Positions 1 to 14,164 are shown, counted from the stretch's first letter. The stretch is 64,000 nt of DNA from Octopus sinensis (GCF_006345805.1 NC_043005.1:95666001-95730000); one strand, 5' to 3'. A program made the numbers and translations. The notes: a model not told the origin generated them from the sequence alone.

Positions 1-35
1 ACTCTCTTCCACATTCCCTATGCTACTGGTCATAC

Positions 36-179
<144 letters not shown>

Positions 180-1090
180 ATGACTCACACAAATTACACC
201 TTTAATTAACATTCAGATTACTCTGTCAAATGTAATGCTTATTTATCCTTATTATTTGGAATTAATCATGCATTATCTTTGTGATGTTAATTAGCTTTGT
301 GATATTAATGATGTGATTACTTAATTTTAGAATGGCATTGTAGGGTTGGTGTTGAAGGCTGGCTCTGTCTGGTTTGAACATAGAAGGGGTAGAATATTTG
401 GGCCAGATATAATCAGTTTTAAATGTTACAGGGTTATATGAGACAGTGAAGACGTCTCTATTTGGTTGCTCAGTTTGCTTGAAAGAGCAGACAAAGTTCC
501 TTCATATCACACCTAAGTAACTTTAAAAAATGGAAGGACATATTGCATAATGTAGTCTTAGATTTACAGTCTGAAGAAAAAAATACAAGAATGTTCAAGG
601 CCAAACCACTTTTAATCATAGAATAACCTCAACCAGAATGAACTGAGGTTAAATATCAACAACAATTGACTGGCAAGTGAACTAAAGTATGTACAATTCT
701 GTGTACTGCTCAGATATATCATGAAATACCAGCTCTTATTAACTCTTTAGTCATCCTTCTTTACATATGCACAAAAAAAAGACATTGCTATTTTGTTTGT
801 TTTTATTCAGAATTGTCAGGTTTCTGTCTCATGTTTTCCAAATAATATTTTTTAAAAAATCAAGAAGAATTATTGAATCCTTAAACAACACTAGTATGAA
901 CATTATACCTAAAAAATATATCATTTTGTTAGAACTCTTGTTGTCCAGGTGACATTGGACTCCAGAATATTGTCTTAACCTAAATTCAGACTATAAATAA
1001 GACTCTTTCGTCTCCTTTGCATTAAAATGTCACTCTGGTTTCCCATTACAATAAAACCCATTTTCTGGGGTTTTTTTATTGCTTTAGACG

Positions 1091-1455
1091 TAGGAGTGGC
1101 TGTGTGGTAAGTAGCTTGCTTACCAACCACATGGGCAAGTGTCTTCTACTATAGCCTTGGGCCGACCAAAGCCCTGTGAGTGGATTTGGTAGACGGAAAC
1201 TTAAAAGAAGCCCGTCGTATATATGTATGTGTGTGTATATGTTTGTCTGTGTTTGTCCCCCAACATTGCTTGACAACCGATGCTGGTGTGTTTATGTCCC
1301 CATAACTTAGCGGTTCAGCAAAAGAGACTGATAGAATAAGTACTAGGCTTACAAAGAATAAGTCCTGGGGTCGATTTGCTTGACCAAAGGTGGTGCTCCA
1401 GCATGGCCACAGTCACATGACTGAAACAAATAAAAGAGTAAAAGAGTAAAGAGTA
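1091..1455 (+). mobile_element. tRNA-derived SINE (octopus-type family), copy with B-box region deleted
   Basis: Head aggagtggctgtgtggtaag, internal (TA/TG) tract and tail gctccagcatggccacagtc..actgaaacaaataaaagagtaaaagag match copies at 28099, 55930 and 62310. Confidence 0.85.
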
Positions 1456-1989
1456 ATGTCTCTGTATTGGAAGATAGAAGAGATGAGTAAGTTCTATTTG
1501 AAGGCATCTTTCACTTTATGCACCTTGTTGTAAATGTTATATGACCAAATTGATTGATTTTCGTTTTATATAGCTGAATCCAGTGGTTTTCAAAGGTCCC
1601 ACCACCATCACCAAAATATTAAGGAAACTTATTCCTCTTCTCTATTTGTTAATGAGAAAACAAAACAGAGTTAGCATTCATACAAGTTTTCTTTCTTTGC
1701 CATGGTGTTGGACAAGTTTAAAAAGTTTAAAGCCATCTTAATTTTTACTAAACAGGGCAATTTTTTTACCATAATTTTGAAAATCTCTAAAGCTCTTTCT
1801 CCCCACCACCACCCGCAATGTCTCTGGTTCCTGTCTATGAGAAACACTAGTCCAGTTAGAAGGGTGTGATTGTGAGCCTTTGCTTGACCTCTGAGACTAG
1901 TAAAACCGATGCTGAGTTTTAACCCTTTAACACAGAAACTTGTGATAACTGGCCAAAATATTCTACCTGTTTTATGTCCAAAATGACCA

Positions 1990-2288
1990 GTTCCAACTTC
2001 TCACTCCTACCCTACAATGTCATTCCGGTGGCACATAAAAAGCACCAACCGATCATGACCGCTGCCAGTCTCCCCTGGCTCCTGTGCCGGTGGCACGTAA
2101 AAAGCACCCACTACACTCATGGAGTGGTTGGCGTTAGGAAGGGCATCCAGCTGTAGAAACACTGCCAGATCAGACTGGAGCCTAGTGTAGCCTCCTGGCT
2201 TCCCAGACCCCGGTCAAACCGCCCAACTCGTGCAAGCACGGAAAACGGACATTAAATGATGATGATGATCATCATCATCATCATCATT
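1990..2288 (+). mobile_element. SINE-like retroposon with RTE-type 3' tail ending in (GAT)n
   Basis: Tandem ccggtggcac[ag]taaaaagcac units, ggcgttaggaagggcatccagctgtagaaac core, and ggaaaacggacattaaatgatgatgat tail; homologous to 55335-55900 (-) and 56880-57420 (+). Confidence 0.7.
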
Positions 2289-2879
2289 GAAATCCCTTAG
2301 CTACAAGATTGATTCAAAACAATGTGAATAAATAAGTTTACTTTTGAATTTCTAAAAAGTTAGATTTTGCTTGAACATTTGTAAGTCGATGGCTGTAGAG
2401 AAAACATGATAATGATGGAAATAGCTGATGGTGGGGGGGGCGATCTACTGGTAGGGGTGAGTTGGATAAAGGGGTTAGTATAGACCTAATGACAAAAGGT
2501 CAAAAGGTGAAGGCAATATGTATAAAAAAAACACACACACATACGTCTGCATAGAAATATACATATACACATAGAGAGAGAGAGCAAGTGGGACATTACA
2601 TATACATACAAACAAACTAGATGCTCATATGCATAAATAGAAAGACAGAGGTTGGGAAAAATGAGAGAAACATCAAAATGTCTTGTGTTAAATAAGTCAG
2701 CATTGAATCAGTGATGCCAAATAAGCAGCACCGAAATAGCTGTGCCAAAACATCGCACCCCTTCTTTGACTATAGGCAAGGGATATGAGTGTCTAATGGT
2801 ACCAATCATTGTAGAGAGTTCAGAATGACAACAGATATAGTTTCTGTATGAGTAATGTTTGTGTGGTTGTTTCATGGGG

Positions 2880-3330
2880 ACTGAGAGGGGTTGTGGATGT
2901 TAGTCATTGAGACCAGTTTGGAGAATAGAGAGAGTGGTGATGTGACATGTATTTACTGCACACTGTGAGGCAGTGGAATAACTATTGGGGGTTAGAGAAG
3001 TTTGGAGAATAGATGGATTTAGAAGGAGCCAAAGTAAGTGGAAGTTTCTCTCGAAAATATCCACATGTGAAGTGAGAAGAAAACACACTCTCCTTGGCAG
3101 TTTTCAGAGTGAAGTTGGAGTAGTATGTAACCAAGATAGCAAAGATATACTGTAGATAATGGGTGAGAGATTTGTGTCACAGAGTGGAACATGTGGCTCT
3201 CATGTTGGCAAGAGATGGTGGAATGTGGCAGGTTGGACCAAAGCTCACAAATGATTCTAAAAACAATATAGATAGTTTGTAGGAAGATTTGGCTGCTTTT
3301 TCTATCAGATTGGGCTACCACAAAGAGGTT
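2880..3330 (-). mobile_element. Heavily decayed Penelope-like element fragment (region upstream of GIY-YIG)
   Basis: Minus-strand translations DIFERNFHLL and SQCAVNTCHITT resemble the SRSRCNTCPFITNTT region of the better-preserved copy at 19650-20117. Confidence 0.4.
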
Positions 3331-3394
3331 TCCCTCTTAGTTCATAATTAGTTTAGCCACATCTTGAGGTTTAAATCTATTCAATCTTTTATCA

Positions 3395-3545
3395 AATTTG
3401 GTTTTTGGATTTGGTTTGCAAGATTCTTTATATGAGTTTGTGTGCTGAAGCATATTCTGTTGTGTCTAGGGAGAGTCATTTTCTTTTTGTGCCTTATTAT
3501 GTAACACACTCACCGGTAAAATTTCCACTTTTTTCTTATTTAAAA
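3395..3545. repeat. Dispersed non-autonomous repeat (MITE-like)
   Basis: Near-identical copy at about 35024-35172; related pieces at 16500-16570 (-) and 48915-49035. Confidence 0.7.
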
Positions 3546-3653
3546 ATAAGAAAAAAGTGGAAATTTTGCCTTTTATCAAATGTTATAATGTATAACCAGT
3601 GTATAGAGATGGAAGAATTGTTTCAACTTGGTTTTTCTTTTGTTTCACTTCAG

Positions 3654-3863
3654 GTTAACGTTTTGAGTGACCACACCAAGATTATTATTAGTTGCAATCA
3701 GAACAACTATTTTGTCACTTACATTGACAAAAGACGGCTTGCTCACACTTACAGTGTAGTTTCTATCATGAAGAACAGCTGCCAACCAGAGCTAAAGGAA
3801 CGTTTGCAGTTCACTCATAATATGTTGGAACATTTGATCAACAGTGAAGGTGAAAGCATCTGA
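3654..3863 (+). CDS. PLK2: Terminal coding exon of a polo-like kinase (polo-box 2; PLK2/3-type)
   Basis: Polypyrimidine tract plus CAG acceptor (3651-3653), phase 0. Encodes VNVLSDHTKIIISCNQNNYFVTYIDKRRLAHTYSVVSIMKNSCQPELKERLQFTHNMLEHLINSEGESI*, which matches recalled PB2 motifs (PLK2 QVNFYHDHTKIIIC..YLLTYI..GC..EL..R; PLK1 QINFFQDHTKLILC). Family call is firm; PLK2 vs PLK3 vs PLK1 is not resolvable here. I found no upstream exon in 1-3650. Confidence 0.82.
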   Translation, partial: VNVLSDHTKIIISCNQNNYFVTYIDKRRLAHTYSVVSIMKNSCQPELKERLQFTHNMLEHLINSEGESI

Positions 3864-4084
3864 TCTTGGTCATTGGTACCAATGGAAAAAATAAATTTCA
3901 AATACAGAAAGAAGATTGAAAGAGAAAAATATACAAATAGCTGAATAAATGAAACAGCAATAGGAAATTTCATTGAAATTCAGTTTAAAAGTAATTGCTT
4001 AGTTTAACAGGACTGAAAGTCAGGGATATATTATTTAAATATTTTCTATTGAATAAGAATAATAGTTAATAATTACAATAATAA

Positions 4085-4300
4085 AACCGGTCAGCTGGCA
4101 GAATCATTATGACACTGGACACAAATGGTTAGTGGCATTTCTTCCAGCTTTATGTTTCAGAGTTCATATTCCACCATGGTCAGCTTTGCTTTTCATCCTT
4201 TTGGGGTCAATAAAATAAGTAACAGTTAAGCACTGGGGCCATGTAATTGACTATCCTCGTCCCCAAAATTTCATGCCTTCTGCATATAGTAAGTAGAAAG
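4085..4300 (+). mobile_element. tRNA-derived SINE, second family (core gactttgcctttcatcctttcggggtcgataaa)
   Basis: Same core recurs at about 23000-23200, 29000-29420, 36250-36330 (-) and 57790-58190 (-). Confidence 0.7.
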
Positions 4301-4585
4301 AAATAATAACAATTAAAACAATAAGGTTAATGGAAGATGTATATAATGTTAGTAAATTAAATTATGTTATTTAGTCCTTAGCTTAGCGTTTCAATCTTTA
4401 ACAAAAATTCATAGACATAGATACAATGGTTCAATGACACGTTAAGCTTGCATTAGCTTGAATTTAATCATAAATGCTAATTAAGCAGGCTAAAAAAAAC
4501 ATTCTAAAAATTTCGCTGTAATGCCAACTGTATGCAATCTGCAATTACAGTGTGCAAACTGTATATGATGATTGTTATTGCAAAG

Positions 4586-4637
<52 letters not shown>

Positions 4638-5238
4638 CACTGTTATTTGTATTATAAATTCAATAACCAGCTGAAGGAGAGAAGGTATAATTTAGCATAC
4701 CTCCTCTTTCTATCTTTTAAATTTATCAATTCTTATCTCGTTTAGCCCACCGTCATATCTCTCAAGCTGTCTCCTTCATTCTCATTCCTTCCCTACTTCT
4801 ATTTTTTTTTATCCTCCTTTGGTTACTTGTACCTCTCAGGGTCACCATAACCTCTTACATTCCGTTCACATTCAGTGTTATCATTTACACAGCTAATCTT
4901 CCTCTAAGCTCCAGTCTTTTTCTCTGTAAACATTTCCTGACTGTCCTTCAAAAAAATGTTCGCATTTATTTCTCAAACCTACTCTACTAGATTCAGTACA
5001 CAACTTTGTGTGTGTGTGTGTGTGTGTGTGCGATGATTTTATATCATAATGGGTGACAGTTACTTCTCAGAGGAGTTGTCTAGTTGCTTGGCTAAACTTA
5101 TTACTGTCACCCTTTATAATATAAAAAAAAATACATGTATCTACTCTATATTGTGTATTGAATTCTACATCAGATAATGCTGAGGTAACCCATTCATCCA
5201 GATATGTTAATCACTCACATTATACATATGTATATATG

Positions 5239-5318
<80 letters not shown>

Positions 5319-6180
5319 TACATACATTCATACACCCCTGCATACATGCACACACACACATGCACAAACACACACGCATGCACACAATATCTAGTGACTG
5401 ACTGGTTAAATCATAAGAATTCTGGGCTTTGATGACAAGGGTTACAAGCAGTAGTTGTTATAATTGATTGTAATCCAGTCATCAAATTGATCTTGTCCTT
5501 TGGTAAATTTGATCCTGATGCCTAGAGATACACTGGACAGCAGCAGATGTTCTAAGTGAATTTGTACTGAAAGAAAAGTCCATTTCTAAAAGTAATGTAT
5601 TTATTAAACTTGACCTTTTTTCTTTTTGTTTGTTATTTTTTCTTTTTTTTTTTTCTGCTATTGGTTTTGGATGAGACAAGACTTAGTTGACATGCCTTCA
5701 TGTAAAAATAGTACATTATGAAGAAGGACCTTTTTATTTATGTATTTCGTTCCTATTATCTCCTTGAAATCTCATTTGTAACAATGAAAAGTAAAACAAT
5801 GAATATATTTTATTTTTTTCTTCTGGGAAGTGGAATTGGTTCAAATAAGATTTTTTTCTTGATCTTTTATTGTTTGCAACTTATTTCCTTCACTTGCAAC
5901 TGGTTTAATTTAATAAATTGTAAAATAAGATTTTTAAAGAACTCTTACAAATTTGACAGAGAGGAATAAGTTTATGGGATCCAATTTTACCATCAGTTTG
6001 GTTCTTGATTAAATTTGTTGGTCTGGTCTCTAAAATCAAATTATCTCTTGTCACAACTGATTTCCAATCACAAACCAAATCTAAACAATCTTAGAATTAC
6101 TCCTACTAAATTTTACTGCAATAATGGTATTTTTATTTTCTACTCATTTCAATCAATATTCTCTGTGTTTGCTTTTAGGC

Positions 6181-6184
<4 letters not shown>

Positions 6185-6221
<37 letters not shown>

Positions 6222-6286
6222 TATACATACATATGTGTATACACACACACACACACATATATAATAATTATATATAATTATATATA

Positions 6287-6336
<50 letters not shown>

Positions 6337-6550
6337 CATATATATATATACATACATATGTGTATACACACACATACACACACATGCCTACACACACACA
6401 CACATATATAATAATTATATATATATATATACATACATATGTGTGTATACACACACACACATATAATAATTATATATATGTGTGTGTGTGTGTATGTATT
6501 TATATGTATATGTGTGTATATGTATGTATGTATCTATATGTATTCACACA
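6185..6550. repeat. (TA)n/(CA)n compound microsatellite
   Basis: Direct reading. Confidence 0.95.
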
Positions 6551-8151
6551 CACATTATGAAAGTCCACTCAGTGGTGAGTATGACCATTGCTTGTTAATG
6601 AGGTGCAAAGCAAAGATTGCTTTTATGTCCAGTTGATGATCTGCAACTTTTTACACGGCCGTTGCATACAAGTTTGTTCTCTGTTGAATGCAATGTAGGA
6701 TCATAACATTTGGCATTGTATGCAGACTCGTGTGTTTTCAGACAGACATATGTACTTTCATGTGGCAAAGATTTATTAACAGATTGCTTTGGTTCATGCT
6801 TTCTCGAGTGACTAACTAGACCAGCCTTAGCCAGATAAACTCAGTTGTAAGTTGAACATTTGAAGAGGAACTATTAATATCTATATTTCGGATCAGGAAG
6901 TGCATCTCAAGAAATTCTGTTCTGGCCAACAGATATGAACCTTAGAATAACAGACGTGAAAAGTGTGATGATGATGATGATGACATTATTATCACAGAGT
7001 AATACTATAAACCTCTGTAATTAATGTTATCAATGAGTCATGGATAGCATAAGATGCATATACTTTGGATAACACTCTGAATCAAAAACAGACCTTGTGT
7101 TCAAGCCAAGCCAAAAAGTACATAGCAATAGGGCCCCTGGAGACAGCTGGAAAATTTACTGTCAATGTAAAGAATCGAAACACAAAAGACGTGGTCAATA
7201 GAGCCAAAAACCAAGTTGCCTGCTTCTCTAGGATACACATTAACACAAACCTGGATATAAATTGTTAGTTGACATGGCTCTCCTTAATTTTTAAAATTCT
7301 GTGATTGAGATTTTTGTTGTTATGTATCCCACTGCGTGGCACTTGGGGGCGTTTTCCAAGCTGGCATGGGTTGGATGTTTCAACAGGAACTGGCAAGCCA
7401 GAGAACTGCATCAAGCTTCAATGTCAACTTTGGCATCGTTTCTACAGCCAGATGCCTTGCCTAATGCCAAGGGTTAACTAATACTTTGTGAGTGAAATTT
7501 GGTTGATGGAAACTGCATAGAAGTCTGCTGTGTACGTGTTTGCATATCTTTGCATTGACACAGCGTGGGTGAGTGGTGATGTCTGTTTACATCCTGAAGC
7601 TCAACAGTTCAACATGGGAAAAACTTATGGGACAAAGTAACTCACTTGAAAAGCAAAGAAAAGTTAGTGTCAGGAAATGCTTTCAGCTGTTTCATACTGC
7701 CTCAGAAAGTTCTGGCCAACCAATACCAGCTTGAGAAAACCAAAATGATGATAATATTATGAGAGGGGAATGTGGTGAGCTGGTAGAATCATCAGAGCAT
7801 TGGATAAAATGGTTTGTGGTATTTATTCTGGCTCTTTACATTCTGAGGTCAAATCCTACTGACTTTGCTTCTCATCTCTCCAAGGTTGGTAAGATTAAAG
7901 TAATAATCAAAAACTGGGGTTGATGGTATTGACCAAATATCTCCCCTCAAGATTATGTGCCTAAACTAGAAACAGATGTTATTATCACAAGAGGATTCTA
8001 CAAACCCTTATAAGTCATGGGTTAGGTACCTCTCATCTAAATGTTTAAACATTCTACAAAAACAAAACAAACCAAACTATAAACTTCTCAAATAATTAGT
8101 AATTATCATTAAATGACCATCAACTGGATTGCTTTCTCTCATTTTGTGTTC

Positions 8152-8322
8152 TTACCATATTTATTCATGTATAAGTGACACCCCTAAAATAGTGTTAAAT
8201 CTTGGTACAAAATTTTTTCCCTTCATAGTTTAAGTTTTGTCCTGTGTATAAGTTGCACCCCAGTTTTTCCAGTCAAAACCAAGTGTAAAAATAGTGTGAA
8301 TTACACACAAGTAAATACAGTA
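8152..8322. mobile_element. Tc1/pogo-type MITE
   Basis: Imperfect TIRs taccatatttattcatgtataa ... ttacacacaagtaaatacagta, with TA at both ends. Confidence 0.5.
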
Positions 8323-9224
8323 TATATAAATGAGGCTTTGGTAATTCCATTGATTTTGTTTCTTATTCTGCAGCTTTTTATACTTAAAAATGGTTTAACT
8401 ATTTTATATTTACCTGAGTTAGGAAAAAACCTTCAAAACCAATAATTTGATTGAAATCTTCCATTTCTCATCAAGAACCAGATCTAGTTATTTTGAATTA
8501 ATAATATTTGAACCAAAGAGGAATGTATTTTTTTTTGTTTTTTGCCATGTGTTTATCATTTTGATTTGGTTGATTATGAAGTTTACATAAACATCCCTTC
8601 CCACCAAATCAATGCCGTTAATTTTTTGTGTTGTTCTTGTATAAAAGTGAAAAAAAAAAGGACAAAACCTGCAAGAGAATTAACCTGAATAATTACTAAC
8701 TCATGAAATATTTTTTAAAAACTATTTTTGCCTTTTCGATTTGTACATAGTTCGTGTCGAAGAAAACAAAATCCGTTCCAGCTTTTATAATTAACCTTCA
8801 ATATAAATAAATAAATAACATTTCATTATTAAAGAATCTGTCACATCATTCATTCAACAAACAATTCCAAGGGAAAGCTGTTTTCAAAATCATTTTTATT
8901 CAGATTAGCAGCTTAAGAGGTATAAAGGAACTCATTAAATCATGAAATGTGTGTGTGTGTGTGTGTGTGTATAAGACCTGAGGAGTGGCTACATTGGAAA
9001 AATTCAGAGTAGGACTGCAAAGCATCTCCTTTTGTGTGAGTGAATGACTTGGACAAATGGTGACTCACACTTTGCCTCCTCTCCTGACCAGTGTCACAAT
9101 GAGAACTCCCAGAAAATGGCATCAAATATCTGAGGGGGAGTTAATGACTATATTTTCATGGTAATTGACAGAAGATCCTTTGATTAAATATATATTTACC
9201 AACATCAATAAACTCTAACCATGC

Positions 9225-9272
9225 ATATATATATATGTATATATATATATATATCTATATATATATATATAT

Positions 9273-9309
<37 letters not shown>

Positions 9310-9386
9310 TTATATATATATCATATATATATATATATATATATATCTTTATATATATATATATATATATAATATATATATATATA

Positions 9387-9436
<50 letters not shown>

Positions 9437-9450
9437 ATATATAATATATA

Positions 9451-9492
<42 letters not shown>
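9225..9492. repeat. (TA)n microsatellite
   Basis: Direct reading. Confidence 0.97.
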
Positions 9493-9495
<3 letters not shown>

Positions 9496-12099
9496 CAGGC
9501 AAAGCTCGTCAATAATTGATTTCAAAATATGAGATTTAACTCGAAAAACGACATAACACAAAAAATATTTTAAGAAATTTATTAGCTTATATCTGTTTTA
9601 ATAAATTGTTTATTCATATTTTCGCATGTATTTTATTTGATTTTCCACCCCAGTATAGGTTTTTAAGTGTTTTTTTTTTAATTTTTAAAAGTTTATGCTT
9701 TTAGATATGTTTGTGAGAACAACATAAAGTTATATAAATAAACTGGAGTTCAGATTTATTTTTTTCCATTAATTTCTTAAAAGTAAAAAGAAAACCGTGA
9801 AACTATGTAAGTTGAGTTGTTGCATGTAGAGAAAGAAAGTTTCAAACAGAATAGGTCTTCCAAGTTAAAGATACATGCAAATCCAATGATGACTTCTTAA
9901 TGTAAGAAGGTGGTACTATTAAGTTAGACATGGCCTGGGCCAATACTGGCCAAAACCTATCAAAATAACCTGCTAGTTCAGAAAATCCAACACTGAATGT
10001 CATTGTTATAAGAAATGCATGAGTAACCCTCTATGTGGTCACTCAACTTACTAGATGTAGCAGTGAAATTTCCCTCAAATCACACCCTGCCATTTTGGGA
10101 ATGGGATGCATACTTAGGATAACATGCACTTCTAAAGTTACAAGACAAGCATGGCTGGGATGTCTTTGATCATATGCCTGCTCAATAAGCTCTGACCTAG
10201 GGTCGAACAATGAGGGCATCAATATATAATAAGGAACTGTATAACATGATTGAGAAATATCAACTTATTTGATGTTCTACTTTATACAATTTTCAACACA
10301 GAGGACGAAGTTGGTGATAATGTTATGTGTGTGTGATAGAGGTTTATATGATTGACATGAGTTAATATATAAGAGACGAGCTTTCAAAACCCATTTTGTA
10401 GAGTTTAATGCAACAAAAATGCTATAACTCTATGACCTAAGGCAGCTATAATTTTGCTTTGCTAAGTTCTGCTACATTTCATAATCATGTCCAGTAGAGT
10501 GTCTTTTTAACACTATGGAAGAAAGAAAGTGGCTAAAGCATATTTATGTGAAAAAATTCTAACTGCCCTAGGTTTTATCATTTGACTGTGTTACATATCA
10601 TGTTAGTTGAACCACAAGAGAAATTGTGTACCAAGAACACCATCTATCAGGAGAATAAAAGTAAGGGAGGCAAGTAGTGTTGGGATTGCCAATATGCTAA
10701 AAAATGTTGTTGAGTCAACCAGCTACCTGGTGTGGCTTGCATTATAAAATCATTATATTTGTATATCTGATAAGATGTAAAGGTTATTAAAGGCGAGAAA
10801 TGCATTATTCAAAACCATTTCTCAGATATCAACCAATGATATTGTTTATATGCGTGTAGATAATGATACAATAAAACTTTATTAAAACTCTTTTTTTCCT
10901 TTTTTCCTTAATCTAGTAACTCCAAATAACATTCACAAACTCTCATAGAAAAATTTACCCAATTAATCAATGTCTACAACAATGTTTGAAGAGGCATTAC
11001 CACTTTCTCTAACAATACACATTCTTATGATTGATTTGAATCTTAAATTAATAGATTGAATGATCCCATAGCTGGCTGATAAATGTTTTATTAGTCTGTG
11101 TTTTGACAGTCCATATCCTTTTACCAATCTGAGTTATGTCCATAGTAAAAAAACACTTGACTTTTGTAGTAAAGCTTCTACCAAAGTTCAAAACTCTCTC
11201 ACCCACAATTCTAGCTTAGAACATCAGCATAGTTATATTTCTAAGCATGAATACCTACGTGAACATAGTTCGACTAATCAGAATTGGCCAAGATATAACA
11301 ATTGATGTAGTGAACCTTAAAAGAAGTGCATAAATTTTCTTGTTAAATTCAACCGAAAGTTCTAGAAGTTTGACTAAGTGTTTTAAAAAAACTAGCTAAC
11401 TAAACACCAGTTCCAACCATCCAGAAGTCCACATAGAGTCATGTTGTTCAGCTCTGTGAAATGTTCCCTCATCCTCTTCTATGTTTCCTTTGATGCTACA
11501 TAGAACTATGTCACTCAATGCCATGACAGCTGTTCTCAATTTTTTTAAGTTGCTATTTTTTTAAGTTGCTATTTAAAGCTGCGTAAGTCAGTTTTCTGAT
11601 GAAGTGTTCTCATTCTTTCCACTTAAGTTGTTCCTAGCAATGATGAGCTGTCTTCATATTGCTATTAAACAAACCATTCAGTGAAAACATGTATATATTT
11701 CGTGCGATATCTCTTGAATGATGATTTATTTACTCAACTGTTGTAAATATGTAAATACAAATGTTCTGAGATTAATAAAAACTATGGAAATGCATATAAA
11801 TATCAGTGTGGTCATTATGAATGTAACATTGCAGCCACCAGATGTCATCCATCAATAACTATTTAACAACCCTAATACCACACTAAATGTTTGATGATTT
11901 TGTTAACCAATCCAGAAATAGGTACCATATGGTCAACAAGGCAGTCTCTGTTTGGTAACTTGATATGCTACAAATAGCAACAAAATTCCTTTCAAATCTC
12001 ACCTTACGATCTTAAAACTTGAAGCAGTCTTTGAATAATTTAATCCTGGATAATACTGTCTAAAATAAGATGGGGCAATTCTGGCTGGAATATTTTGAT

Positions 12100-12350
12100 C
12101 TTGACTAAACAACAACACCGTATAGTTCACGACTGTAAAATCAGCAAATGTTTTGTTTCTATAACTATTTAGTTCCTGCTCAGACTCACACTTCAACAGT
12201 GTCTCCAGCCATCTCAGTCCATCATGCATTTTTCTCGTTCACCAATAGTTTCTCTCTTCAACGTCTCCCTTTAGTACATCCTCATATGTTGATATAAGAC
12301 ATTCTTTCTTTTGATGCATTTGTGTACTGGATCCCATAGCACCTGTAGGC
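12100..12350 (-). mobile_element. Probable decayed RTE-clade LINE C-terminal fragment
   Basis: HQKKECLISTYEDVLKGDVEERNYW*TRKMHDGLRWL resembles the RTE C-terminal motif H..RKE.L....G..EG.R.RGR.R....DGL..W; in-frame stops present. Confidence 0.4.
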
Positions 12351-13643
12351 CGGCTGGCTGGCTGGCTGGCTAGCTGGAACTCTCAGTATCTCCTACAGCG
12401 GAATTAGACGATTGGGTGCACTTGTTCAAACAGTGAAGATTTGGCACAGTTCAAATCTATAAATTTTAGAACCTATAAATTTTATCTTTCTATTTGTTTT
12501 AGTCAATGGACTGCGGCCTTACTGGGTTGCTACCTTAAAAGGCAGTAGGAAGTGATTTGAGGTAGTTTGGGATGCTATTTCTAGTTGTAGATCGAGTGGC
12601 TACATAGAGACTTTTACATTGGTTTGCGAGTATCGTCCTATCTACTCATAATAATGTTAAAGGTTGTATGCAGTCTCAGTTCAAGTACTGATCAATACTG
12701 ATCAGTCTCAGATCCATAGTAAGAGTTAGACTTTGCTTCTTTGAAACGGTCCAGTAAGTTCGAAAGGTCTTGAGTTATCTGTTTTGCTTAAAGTGCACAC
12801 TCGCCACTGCATTCCATACTTAATTATACTGAATTAAAATTTCAGGGTTGTCTCCCTCTGCGTGTTTTAACCAGAATTAACCAGTTAGATAAAGAGTTAT
12901 TCTCATCAATAAGAGTATGATTTTGATAGATTAAAATTTGTTGGTTTATTATATTAAGTATGCTAATGTCTACTTTACTATGTAGTTTTTATGCAGCTGG
13001 CGTTTCAGGCTATCTTTTCCCGTCATTTACATACTGTAAAACACGCATTTCCCGAGAAGGTTGACTGGTATATTGATGACTAAAACCAGCTATGAAATAA
13101 TTTCCATTGTTATTAAATCTTAGCTCAGTCCTGCTCGAGCAGACCTATGACAAAAGCATTTTATTTGTAGCCATCGAACCATTTTCATTTCTTTTTTTGT
13201 CTTACATAATGTATCTATCACTCCATTATCCTATGTATCCCAACTTCTTTAAGACGGTAATATGTGATGTGAAGGAAAATTTTGATTGGTACTTCTAGAA
13301 TGTAGTGCGATCTCATAGAGGCTCCACTGTTGGCTCATGAAATGACTTTCGTTGCTGAAAAGAAGAGAGAAAGAGAGGGAGGATAATTTAATAGAAATCA
13401 ACCAAATTTTAATGGACACTTTCACTCATCGACTTAGCTAAAGTAGTGAGATGTGATTTAAATATCCATATTCTTGCTTTCATTTTAAGCGATTCTAATT
13501 AACATAGCAGTTCTTAAACTTCTCTCTGAACAAATATACTAAGAATAGACGTCTCTTTTTTTATTTCATTTATTTATTTTTTAACGAAATGTCAGTTTCA
13601 TAAATGGTTTTCTTGTTACATAACTGATGATAGACAGACAGAC

Positions 13644-13698
<55 letters not shown>

Positions 13699-13920
13699 TA
13701 GATAGATATTACAATTTTCAGTAAATTGTAAACCTGAATCCACTTCCCCCAACCCTTCTCTCTTTAGAATTTAAATTTTTATTTGTTGAATTTCTCTTCT
13801 GAAAACACCTCTTGATTTACAACAAGCTCTTAGCATTCAGATTATTATTTATTTTACATTTAAAATTATATTTAGCTGAATCTGTGAGATCAGGCAGGTA
13901 CAGAAAACCTGACGGTATCT

Positions 13921-13961
<41 letters not shown>

Positions 13962-13964
<3 letters not shown>

Positions 13965-14160
13965 GAAATTTACAGAAAAACAAAAGACGAAGACAGGTAT
14001 ATGAACAACAATCCAGTGTATTAGTTTGACGTTCGGGAAAGTGAGAAAGTCTTTTATGTTTCGAGCCTACGCTCTTCAACAAAAAGGAATAAGAGAAACT
14101 AAACAGAGAGAGAGAGAATAAAAAAGCTTGTAGATTTAGCGATCAAGCATGGCAAAGAAA
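13962..14160 (-). mobile_element. Penelope-like terminal repeat with hammerhead-like motif, ending in (TA)n
   Basis: Minus strand CTTT-TTGTTGA-A-GAGC-gtag-GCTC-GAAAC-ATA-AAAG at 14086-14051; downstream sequence is similar to the termini at 16675-16900 and 20230-20500. Confidence 0.7.
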
Positions 14161-14164
14161 GACA

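Noticed and set aside
3405-3653. N-terminal part of the 152-aa ORF 3405-3863
   Set aside because: Overlaps a dispersed repeat also found at about 35024 and lies upstream of the splice acceptor; it is intronic.
5430-5570. Minus-strand candidate terminal exon (QIHLEHLLLSSVSLGIRIKFTKGQDQFDDWITINYNNYCL*)
   Set aside because: Short, no recognisable domain and no partner exons found.
11999-12350. Minus-strand frame with AG/GT boundaries and one in-frame TGA, suggesting a selenoprotein exon
   Set aside because: Acceptor lacks a pyrimidine tract, another TGA lies just upstream, there is no Sec-type motif, and the peptide resembles an RTE LINE C-terminus.
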